From the NCBI GenBank assembly GCA_964581895.1, contig CAZOPR010000004.1:170517-234516 (forward strand): DNA of 64,000 nt, in the 5' to 3' direction. Origin of the DNA: an uncultured Brachyspira sp. Its GTDB lineage: Bacteria > Spirochaetota > JAAYUW01. The notes below the pieces were generated by a model. It had not been told where the DNA came from, did not search any database, and saw only the letters and a list, made by a program, of their open reading frames with translations. Below, piece by piece: positions 18,638-27,244 of the stretch (its first letter is position 1; each line of letters starts with the position of its first letter). The position numbers were made by a program, and so were the translations under genes.

Positions 18638-20233
18638 TTAAGAAAATTGAGGATTTCTCTTTTTTAATTTTTCAATAAATATCTGTTCAAATGGATTTAG
18701 GTAATTATCATCTTTTATAAAAACACCACTAAAACCTTTTCCTCCATCAAGCGCTCTTTTAATATCTGCAAAAATCCCTTCAGAAATAGATTCCATAAGT
18801 CCTTTTTTTGTTATTTCTTTTAAAAGGTCATGAGCATCATTCAACACTTTTTTTGCTCTATTTGTGATAATACCATCCTTTTTGAATTCAATTTCATCAG
18901 AGATATTTCTCATGGTCTTAAAGACCATTTTAGCATTTTCAAGTGAAAGATGTCTATCCATCATAAAAGGGGTATGGATGGCTTCAGTAAGCATACCAAG
19001 AAGATGGATCGTTTGTCCGCTCATAATAGATACTGCATTAAAAAGTGCATCCTGGACATGACCTCTAAAGATATTACCAGTCATAAACTTTGTTGGAGGC
19101 ATATACTTAAGTGGAGAATCCGGAAAAATTTCTTTAATCATCTGAGCTTGAGCAAGTTCGTACAAAAATTGATTTTCAATATCCGGGTCAATTTCAAAGG
19201 CATGGCCAAGTCCCATGAGCCTTTGAGGCATATAAGCTTTAAGAGCAAATTGCTCATTTATAAGTTCAGATGCTAAAACAGTATGAGCCTTTTCAAAGGC
19301 ATCACTTGTGGTTAGGTAGTTATCTTCACCAGTATTTATAACAATTTCAGCAAAGGAGTTTATCATTCTGGAAAAGTATTGGTCAACAAAAGTTCTTTGC
19401 ATGTTTATATCTCTAAATAGTATGCCATACATAGAATCATTTAACATTACATCAAGCCTTTCTATAGCACCAAGAGCTGCAATTTCAGGCATGCAAAGTC
19501 CTGAACAATAGTTCACAAGTCGAATATATTTACCAACTTCCTTAGATACTTCATCTAAAGCCTTTCGCATTATCTTAAAATTTTCCTGAGTTGCATATGT
19601 GCCGCCAAATCCTTCTGTAGTTGCTCCGTGAGGGACATAGTCCAAAAGAGATTGAGCAGTGGACCTTATAACAGCAATAATATCAGCGCCACTTCTTGCT
19701 GCGTTTTGTGCCTGAATAACATCTTCAAAAATATTCCCTGTTGCGACAATTAAATAAAGGTATGGTGGTTGGCCTTCCCCATACTCCTGTATCATCTGAT
19801 TTCTTTTAAGAACATTTTGTTCTATTTTTTCAGCAGCAGATAAAGCCATATCCATCGCTTTTTGCTTTACAATTTCAAAATCTAAAGGTTCAATAGACTT
19901 AAAAGATAACTTGCCATTAACAATATTATCGCAAAATTCTTTAAGAGGAAAGCCAGTCCTTAAAAGACCATTTACAAGATAATAAGTTGCACCTCTTGAT
20001 ATTAGATTATCATTTATTAATTTATCAATTATAATATTTACATAAGGCAGTTGTTGCTCTTCAGAATACCATTCAACACCAAAAAGCCTTAAAATAGCTC
20101 TTTCAACTGAAGAAGTTGATCTTAAATCAATAAATTTTTGAACATCTTCAACTATTTTTTTTGCATAGTATCTTGATTCATCAATTATTTTTTTATCAAG
20201 ATTCAATTTGGTCTTAACCGAATTTATTTTCAT
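18638..20233 (-). CDS. kamD: lysine 5,6-aminomutase alpha subunit
   Basis: 531 aa. Long collinear stretches match clostridial KamD, e.g. LYLIVATGNIFEDVIQAQNAARSGADIIAVIRSTAQSLLDYVPHGATTEGFGGTYATQENFKIMR and NYCSGLCMPEIAALGAIERLDVMLND. Confidence 0.85.
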   Translation of the reverse strand: MKINSVKTKLNLDKKIIDESRYYAKKIVEDVQKFIDLRSTSSVERAILRLFGVEWYSEEQQLPYVNIIIDKLINDNLISRGATYYLVNGLLRTGFPLKEFCDNIVNGKLSFKSIEPLDFEIVKQKAMDMALSAAEKIEQNVLKRNQMIQEYGEGQPPYLYLIVATGNIFEDVIQAQNAARSGADIIAVIRSTAQSLLDYVPHGATTEGFGGTYATQENFKIMRKALDEVSKEVGKYIRLVNYCSGLCMPEIAALGAIERLDVMLNDSMYGILFRDINMQRTFVDQYFSRMINSFAEIVINTGEDNYLTTSDAFEKAHTVLASELINEQFALKAYMPQRLMGLGHAFEIDPDIENQFLYELAQAQMIKEIFPDSPLKYMPPTKFMTGNIFRGHVQDALFNAVSIMSGQTIHLLGMLTEAIHTPFMMDRHLSLENAKMVFKTMRNISDEIEFKKDGIITNRAKKVLNDAHDLLKEITKKGLMESISEGIFADIKRALDGGKGFSGVFIKDDNYLNPFEQIFIEKLKKRNPQFS

Positions 20234-20334
20234 ATTGTATCCTTCATCATTTTATTTAGTATTGCTCTTTTAATAAAATTTTCAAGATTAAAAAGATTGA
20301 CATCAGTAATATTTCTATTAATCTAAGATTAATC

Positions 20335-21867
20335 ATGAATATAAATGAGAATTTTAAAGATGAACTTTTGATTTTATTGCATAACTTGCAGATAAAGCAT
20401 TTTTCATGTTTTATAAATTTTAATGATTTAAAAAATTATTATTTTCAAGTTTTTAGTTTCCCAGTCTTTGAAAAAAAAGAGTTTGAAATAGATCAACTTC
20501 TATCTTTTCAAAATTTAAACAATTTGGCATCCAAAATAATAAAAGATGAAAAAAAGGATTATTCAATTTTTTTCTTATATCCAAAAGAAGATGAAAAGAA
20601 TGAAAACCTTTTTAGTTTTATTTTTACTTCATTTCAAACTTACATTAGTAATATTGAATATCAACAAAGCAGCATATTAAATGAACTTTATGAATGGACT
20701 TTGTATGAAATAATTAGAGAAGAGAATCAAAATCAAAAAATAGATACTTTTTTCCAATATATATTGAACAAAATAGCAAATTTTTTTGGTGCTGTTCAGG
20801 GCTATTTTCACTTAAATTTTATGCTAAATGAAATAAAATATGAATATAAATATTCTTTAAATAATTCATCAAATGAAGGTTTTATTCAATATGATATCAA
20901 TATCTCTTTTGAAAATCAATTTAGTTCACTTTTAACATTATTTTTAAAGGATTCTTTTAGTGATCATTTAAGTGTTGAATTTGAGAAAAGACTAATTTTA
21001 TCTAAACTTCAAAAGACTCTTGGCTTTTTAATATATTCCTTTTTCTATTTAAGTGAACAAAAAACATATATTGAAAATCTTGAAGAGATTGTCATCCAGA
21101 ATAAAAGCGAACTAAAAACAAAGAATCAACAATTGCTAAGACAGCTCCATACTATTTCTGAAATAGAGCAATCTCGTAATCTAATCTTTAGCAAAATTTA
21201 TCATCAGCTTTTGACGCCACTAAACTCAATTTTAGGCTTTGCAATGTATATTATAAATTTTGCCAGTAGTTCCTTATCAAAAGAGATGCTTGATGATATA
21301 GAAAATATTGAACTTAATTCGATATTTTTACTCTATAATATTCTTGATATAATAGATTACACTAAAATGACTACAAATAGTTTTCAATCAAAATATGAAG
21401 CATTCGATTTTAGACAGGTTATTGAGATAGTTCAAAAAATCGTAAATTTTATGCAGAAGTATTTTGATGCAAAAATTGAAATGGATATAGAGGATTTAGA
21501 ATTTAATTTTATCCATGATTATAAAAGAATAGAGCAGTTGATATTTACTTTACTATTTTTTTCTTTATCAAGTAAAACTCATGGAATATATATATTAAAA
21601 ATTAAACTAGATGAATTGGACCGAAGAAAAGTCATTGTAACTATAAATATACAGTCTCCAATGATAGATGAAAATTATTTTATGAAATTAAAATACTATA
21701 AAGATAATATAAATTCTAAAAATTTTAAAAATTTTACTTTAGAAGATTTCTTGGCTTATTGTCCTATTCAAATAATTGCTCATTGCAATGATGGAATTGA
21801 ATTTGAAAAAAATCAAAATTCTTTTATTATTAAGTTAAGTCTAATTGAAAAAGTGAATCCTGATTAA
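20335..21867 (+). CDS. cytoplasmic histidine-kinase-like protein with a HisKA phospho-His motif but a degenerate ATPase domain
   Basis: IYHQLLTPLNSILGFA is an H-box. The C-terminal region has HATPase-like secondary-structure spacing but lacks the N-box Asn and the G1/G2 glycine boxes. There are no TM helices. Confidence 0.5.
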   Translation: MNINENFKDELLILLHNLQIKHFSCFINFNDLKNYYFQVFSFPVFEKKEFEIDQLLSFQNLNNLASKIIKDEKKDYSIFFLYPKEDEKNENLFSFIFTSFQTYISNIEYQQSSILNELYEWTLYEIIREENQNQKIDTFFQYILNKIANFFGAVQGYFHLNFMLNEIKYEYKYSLNNSSNEGFIQYDINISFENQFSSLLTLFLKDSFSDHLSVEFEKRLILSKLQKTLGFLIYSFFYLSEQKTYIENLEEIVIQNKSELKTKNQQLLRQLHTISEIEQSRNLIFSKIYHQLLTPLNSILGFAMYIINFASSSLSKEMLDDIENIELNSIFLLYNILDIIDYTKMTTNSFQSKYEAFDFRQVIEIVQKIVNFMQKYFDAKIEMDIEDLEFNFIHDYKRIEQLIFTLLFFSLSSKTHGIYILKIKLDELDRRKVIVTINIQSPMIDENYFMKLKYYKDNINSKNFKNFTLEDFLAYCPIQIIAHCNDGIEFEKNQNSFIIKLSLIEKVNPD

Positions 21868-21881
21868 AAGGGGGTAACAAA

Positions 21882-22547
21882 ATGAAAAATAAAGTTAACT
21901 CCAAATATAGTAGATTGATCATTATAATTTTGATATTAATTTTAATCCCATTATTTGTTTCATCTACAAATCCTTTTTCTGGTTTAACATTAAATCAAAA
22001 AATAGTCCTTGCTCAAGCTTACTATAAAGTTGCTTTATATTACTATAGTCACAATAATGAAGAAAAAGGTGATGCCTTTAAGTCAGTGGCGAACTATCTT
22101 GACCCAAATTTTGTTCAAAAAGAAATTTCAGTTATTCCAGAACAATTAACTGATGAAGAGGTTGAAAAAAAGATTGCTCAGGCAAAAGAAAATTGCTCAA
22201 ATTTTATTTTGGATTTTTTTAAGTCAAAAGATAAAAGATACCTTTCATATCCAGTATATAATCTTAAAACAGCAGATCTTTTTACTGAAGAATCTATAGA
22301 AGCATTGCTAAATATTGAACAGATAGACTATTTTTTTAATAATAGCTTTAAGATTGAAAAAACAGATTATACAAAAGCAGCATCTCTTTCTTCTTTTTTA
22401 CCACTTGTTTATCTAGAAGGAGATTTAATATATATTTTACATGACAATAATAATGAAAAAATAGTTGTGTTATTGATTAGAAATTTTGGAATAGACTTAA
22501 AAATCATAGGTTTTTTTACAATTACTGAAAAAACAATAATAAAATAA
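21882..22547 (+). CDS. hypothetical secreted protein
   Basis: 221 aa with an N-terminal signal-like segment ILILILIPLFVSS. Confidence 0.5.
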   Translation: MKNKVNSKYSRLIIIILILILIPLFVSSTNPFSGLTLNQKIVLAQAYYKVALYYYSHNNEEKGDAFKSVANYLDPNFVQKEISVIPEQLTDEEVEKKIAQAKENCSNFILDFFKSKDKRYLSYPVYNLKTADLFTEESIEALLNIEQIDYFFNNSFKIEKTDYTKAASLSSFLPLVYLEGDLIYILHDNNNEKIVVLLIRNFGIDLKIIGFFTITEKTIIK

Positions 22548-22607
22548 AAATAAAATTTCTGATTTCGATTAAAATTATTGAAAAATTAAATTAATAATAT
22601 AATCTTA

Positions 22608-22862
22608 TTCTGCTTTAGGATGCAGGAGCGAAAGCATAAAAGGGAAACAGGTGAAAATCCTGTGCGCACCCAGGCACTGTAATGGTGAATACTCTTCAAA
22701 AATGCCACTGCCATAAATTGGTGGGAAGGCTGAAGAGCTTGCCAGAGCCAGGAGACCTTCCTGTATCTTTGAGAAGATATCCACTAGGGGAGGGTTATCT
22801 TCTGGTTCAAAAATCATCTTTATTGAACCAAGCATCTCCCCTCCAAAATTCAGTTTGGAGGA
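22608..22862 (+). ncRNA. Cobalamin (B12) riboswitch with an RBS-sequestering expression platform
   Basis: AAGGGAAACAGGTGAAAATCCTGTGCGCACCCAGGCACTGTAATGG matches the GGGAA..GGTG.AA.TCC...CCCGC.ACTGTAA core. GCCACTG...GGGAAGGC and AGCCAGGAGACC form the B12-box region. Downstream, CCTCCAAA (22840-47) can pair with TTTGGAGG (22853-60), which holds the RBS of the gene starting at 22866. Confidence 0.85.
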
Positions 22863-22865
22863 TTT

Positions 22866-24032
22866 ATGAAATCAAAAAAATTCAAGCTTTTTTTGCCAAT
22901 CTTTTTAATTTTATTTCTTTTATTTACTTCCTGCATATTTGATAACAATCAAACTCTTCTTAATTATGGCAATGATTACCTTTTAATATTAAATTCGACT
23001 GGAAATAATGTCATTGCCTATGATTTAAACTTTAAAAAATTTATTGATCAACCAATTCCAGTAGGACCACAACAGAACACAAGCTATGCTCCACAGCAAA
23101 TGCTACTTTCACCAGATGAAAGCTATATTTACATAATTAACTCTTTGGATAATTCTGTTACAAAATTTACAAAAAATATGTACTATATTAGTAAATTCAA
23201 TTTACCTACAGCAACAAACCCATATAATGGATTTGTAGATGAAAGCTATATGTATATTTCAGGCTATGTAAGTGGAAAAGTTATTAAATTAAACCTTACT
23301 GATGGCAACTATACTGAAAGTTCTCAGTTATATTCTTTAAATTCTGGCATTCAAGCGATTGCAAGTATAAATCAAGACTATCTTATAACAATAAATACAA
23401 ATTATGATCTTTCTACATACTCTTATTCCAATAGCATAATTTACATTCTTAGAAAAGATAATCTTCAAAAAGTTAAAGAATTTGAACTTACATCTTCTTT
23501 TATTGGTAAACCTTTAACAAATTTCCAGCAGGTGTTAGTGCATCAAGAAAGTGATGGGATTTATTGCGATCTAATCGCTACCGGTGGATATGGGTACTCT
23601 GGATTTGCAGATTCAGGGTTTTTAAGAGTAAAAATAGAAATTAATTCAGATAACAACATAACACTTACTAAAATATGTGCAGATACCTTACCTATTGGTG
23701 AATATTTTGGAGCTGTTTCACAGGTTTATATGGGTTATCTATATTTTATTTCGAATAAAGCTTTTTATAGGTCTCCTATAAATAGTTCATCAATAAGCTT
23801 TTCAAGCGGTATTGAAAAAAATTCAAATGTCAATGGTAAAACTAATCTTTCATTAATATATGCGGGCGATACTTCTGAAGAAAGTTATCTCGTTATAATC
23901 GATGCACCATGGGGTACTCCAAGTTCATTTTCAATTTCTCCTTTAAATCAAGCATTTTCATCGATTTCCTTTCAAAATTATATCGAATTTTCTGGCTATC
24001 CAGTAGGAATAATTTTAAGAAAAGGGCAATAA
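22866..24032 (+). CDS. surface lipoprotein, beta-propeller-like, possibly a BtuG-type B12-capture protein
   Basis: Lipoprotein signal with lipobox LFTSC. It has repeated NS-GNNVIAYDL and INSLDNSVTKF blade-like segments. It is the first gene under the cobalamin riboswitch, ahead of TonB and BtuB. The BtuG assignment is an inference from context. Confidence 0.45.
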   Translation: MKSKKFKLFLPIFLILFLLFTSCIFDNNQTLLNYGNDYLLILNSTGNNVIAYDLNFKKFIDQPIPVGPQQNTSYAPQQMLLSPDESYIYIINSLDNSVTKFTKNMYYISKFNLPTATNPYNGFVDESYMYISGYVSGKVIKLNLTDGNYTESSQLYSLNSGIQAIASINQDYLITINTNYDLSTYSYSNSIIYILRKDNLQKVKEFELTSSFIGKPLTNFQQVLVHQESDGIYCDLIATGGYGYSGFADSGFLRVKIEINSDNNITLTKICADTLPIGEYFGAVSQVYMGYLYFISNKAFYRSPINSSSISFSSGIEKNSNVNGKTNLSLIYAGDTSEESYLVIIDAPWGTPSSFSISPLNQAFSSISFQNYIEFSGYPVGIILRKGQ

Positions 24033-24047
24033 TTTTAAGTAAAATTT

Positions 24048-25061
24048 ATGAAAAGGGAAAAAGATAAATTGATTAAAATTTTACTAAAAAAGATAATCTC
24101 AAAAAATATTAAAAAACCTTCAAATATTATGATTTCGGTATTTTTATCTTTTTCCCTTCATATTTTAATGCTGATTCTAATAAATGTTTTACTTCAAAAT
24201 CCACAAGGAATAATAAATATAGAAAAAGTAAATATAAAACCTGTTGAAATTCAATTAGCAAGTAATTTTGTAAACTTTCAAACTTCAAATTCGACTGAAA
24301 AATTTTTAGAAAATAAAATTGGAGAAAATCAAAATAAATTTTTTCAAAATATAAAAGAAAAACAAGATATAGGAAAAAAAGATATAAAAAAGCAAGATAT
24401 TAAGACAAATGAAATTGACAAATCAGAAAGTAAAGAAGAAAAATATAAGGATAAAAAATTTAAAGACGAAGGCAAAGGTGAAGATAAACAAAAAATAGAT
24501 AAGCAGGTTATTGAAAAAGAAAATATAAATGAAAATATAAATAATAAAGAATTAAATAATTTACCCAATAATAATGAATCTATTGAAAATGCGTCTGGTG
24601 AAAATAAATCTTCAAGCCAATCTTCAAATTCATCCTCAGATTTGCCTTCAAACATAGATTCCGAAGGTTCATCAAACCCTTCTCAACAGTATCCTCAAAA
24701 TTTAACTCAAAGCACACAGGCATATGGCAATACTGATGGTAGTAACGGATTTTCAAATCAAGATATCTTCCAGTATTCACTTAACATCTCATCTTTATTT
24801 AACTATCCAAAAGATGCTTTAAAACTCGGGATACAAGGGACTGTAAAACTTAAATTGCTGATAGATAAATATGGAAAAGTTATTAATGTGGTCCTACTTG
24901 AAAGTTCAGGTTCAAAAATATTGGACAATTACACTACAACGCAGGCAAGACAGCTTCTATTTTCTTTTCCAGAAGATAAAAAACCGCAGTCTTCTTTCTG
25001 GATTGTCATCAAGGTTGTCTATTCAATAAAAACAAATGTCACTGTTGAATCAACTAGTTAG
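24048..25061 (+). CDS. TonB-family energy transducer with an atypical K/E/D/N-rich spacer
   Basis: N-terminal TM anchor. The C-terminus QYSLNISSLFNYPKDALKLGIQGTVKLKLLIDKYGKVINVVLLESSGSKILD is a TonB_C domain. The linker is lysine, acid and asparagine rich rather than Pro-rich. Confidence 0.7.
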   Translation: MKREKDKLIKILLKKIISKNIKKPSNIMISVFLSFSLHILMLILINVLLQNPQGIINIEKVNIKPVEIQLASNFVNFQTSNSTEKFLENKIGENQNKFFQNIKEKQDIGKKDIKKQDIKTNEIDKSESKEEKYKDKKFKDEGKGEDKQKIDKQVIEKENINENINNKELNNLPNNNESIENASGENKSSSQSSNSSSDLPSNIDSEGSSNPSQQYPQNLTQSTQAYGNTDGSNGFSNQDIFQYSLNISSLFNYPKDALKLGIQGTVKLKLLIDKYGKVINVVLLESSGSKILDNYTTTQARQLLFSFPEDKKPQSSFWIVIKVVYSIKTNVTVESTS

Positions 25062-25330
25062 TTAAATTTGGTCAAAGTTGAAAGTATTGTTAAAAATATT
25101 GTTGAAAATATTAAAGTTAAAAATAAGGATTTAATACCCAAAAAGAATATAGAAAAAAAGAAATAAAAAAATGAAGAAATAAAAAATAAAGAAATAATAA
25201 AATCAAAAGATCCTAAGAGTAATCTGTAAAATATATAAGATGAAAAAATTACAAAATTAAAAAATATAAAATAATGAAAATGTAAAGTAATGAAATTAGA
25301 AGATAAAAAAATTATAAAATAAAAGAATAT

Positions 25331-27175
25331 ATGAATAATCTATTAAAAATAAAGAATCTTTTTATATTTTTCTTATTTATTTTTTGCTATTTTTCATTTT
25401 TTTCTATTAAAATATTAGGTCAGGAAATAACAATAAATGTAACAGGACAAACTCAAGGGGGCACCTCACAGAGTGTTGTTGTTTATGATGAGCAGGATTT
25501 ACAAGAAAGCCAAAAAACAACTCTTAGTGAGTTTTTACAATCTCAATCATTTTTATATATAGCAAAAGGAATCGATGATTCAGAAGTTGGTTTCTTGGTT
25601 ATAAGAGGTTTTTCAACATCAAGAATCGCAATATTTTTAGATGGGGTTCCTATAACACTTTCAGATATAAATGCTATGAAACTTCCATTGAACTTAATAA
25701 GCAAAATAATTATTTATAAAGGAAATGTCTCTGCTCTTTTCGGACCAAATGCTATGGGAGGAGCTATTCTTATCTGGACTAAAGGGAAAAATCAAGGCGC
25801 CATAAATTTTGGTTCATTATACCTATCATCTTTACTAAACTTTGGTCTTTATTTTCACTTTTCCTCTTTCAATAATGATATCTTTACTGGATTTGATATT
25901 AATGCAAAATTAAACTCAAATGTATATGACGATTCTTTTGGAAAAAGTGATTTTGAGGATTTTTTTTCCAAATTTTTGCTTGAATATAAAAACTTCACTT
26001 TTTCATTTCTTATAGATTATTTTAAGAAGTTTTTGCCAAATGATGTTCAATTTCCCTATTTTAATACTTATAAAGAGTCCTTTTCTCTGGTTTCATTTTT
26101 GAAATTAAATCAATTTTTGATCTCATTTCAATATATTGATGATTCATTTTCCTGTAAGGATTACACATATAATATTAATGAAAATAGGAAAATTTTTTAT
26201 AGTTATATTAATTTTCCTTTTTCTATTTTTACAAATGATACAACAAATTTTATTTCAAATGTGGCAGTCAATTTTGAATACCTAAATGATGATACATTAT
26301 CGTATGATAATCTTTATGGAGGATCTTTTTCTTCATATTTCATCTTTAATAAAAATTTTACCTCTTTATTTGAACTAATGTTAAGTTTAGGTTTGGATTT
26401 TAATGCAAAATTCTCAGATAAATTTAACTATTTTTTTATGCCATCTATTTACTTAAATTTGAGTAAAAAAATCAATATCAACGAGAATTTTGTTCTTTCG
26501 TTTTTTACTAAATCAGGAAGTGGTTATAGACTTCCTTCATATCAAGAATTGTATAGTTCTTATGGTATCGTCGCAGTTGGCAATCCAGACTTAAAGCCAG
26601 AAAAATCTTTAGGATTTGAAGTTGGAGCAGCACTTTCTTCAAATACTTTGAATATAAATCTTTCCTTTTATTATTATTATTTTGATGATTTTATAGTCTG
26701 GATTAGAAGATTTGACAATAGATTCAAACCAATAAATTTTGCTAAAGGTTACAATTTAGGGCTTGATTTTGATTTAGAGTATTCAATACCTTTAGGGAAA
26801 GAATCTTATATTCAATTTTCACCTATGCTTTCAATAACAATTCCGAAAATACTTGAAGGGATACTAATCTTAAATGAAGTCTATGTTCCATATGTTCCAC
26901 TTGTTAATTTTATTTTTAATATTGATTTTATTAATTCAGATAAACTAAAATTAAAGTTAGAATTGGTTTATAGAGGAATAAGATATATAACACTCGAAAA
27001 CTACAACTGGTTTTCACCTTATTTTATAATAAATTTTGATTTCACATATTATCTTTCACAAAAGTCTAGCGTATCCTTTTCTGTTAAAAACTTGCTAGGG
27101 AATACCTATTATGATCTTTTATATTATCCAATAAGCAATACAACTTTCGATATAGAATTCGCATTTTATCTTTAA
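25331..27175 (+). CDS. btuB: TonB-dependent outer-membrane receptor, BtuB-like cobalamin receptor
   Basis: Signal peptide; plug region with FLVIRGFSTSRIAIFLDGVPI; long beta-barrel region; C-terminus ends FAFYL (aromatic terminal residue). It is in the riboswitch-controlled operon. Confidence 0.75.
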   Translation: MNNLLKIKNLFIFFLFIFCYFSFFSIKILGQEITINVTGQTQGGTSQSVVVYDEQDLQESQKTTLSEFLQSQSFLYIAKGIDDSEVGFLVIRGFSTSRIAIFLDGVPITLSDINAMKLPLNLISKIIIYKGNVSALFGPNAMGGAILIWTKGKNQGAINFGSLYLSSLLNFGLYFHFSSFNNDIFTGFDINAKLNSNVYDDSFGKSDFEDFFSKFLLEYKNFTFSFLIDYFKKFLPNDVQFPYFNTYKESFSLVSFLKLNQFLISFQYIDDSFSCKDYTYNINENRKIFYSYINFPFSIFTNDTTNFISNVAVNFEYLNDDTLSYDNLYGGSFSSYFIFNKNFTSLFELMLSLGLDFNAKFSDKFNYFFMPSIYLNLSKKININENFVLSFFTKSGSGYRLPSYQELYSSYGIVAVGNPDLKPEKSLGFEVGAALSSNTLNINLSFYYYYFDDFIVWIRRFDNRFKPINFAKGYNLGLDFDLEYSIPLGKESYIQFSPMLSITIPKILEGILILNEVYVPYVPLVNFIFNIDFINSDKLKLKLELVYRGIRYITLENYNWFSPYFIINFDFTYYLSQKSSVSFSVKNLLGNTYYDLLYYPISNTTFDIEFAFYL

Positions 27176-27244
27176 AAAATTTATTCTTGATTAAGAAACT
27201 TCATTACCTTTTGCCAAATCTTAAAAATGTTTTAAACTTATTAT

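Noticed and set aside
22605-22942. Minus ORF 22605..22835 and + ORF 22682..22942 from the six-frame track
   Set aside because: Both lie within or across the cobalamin riboswitch and leader. The sequence is explained by conserved RNA structure, not coding.
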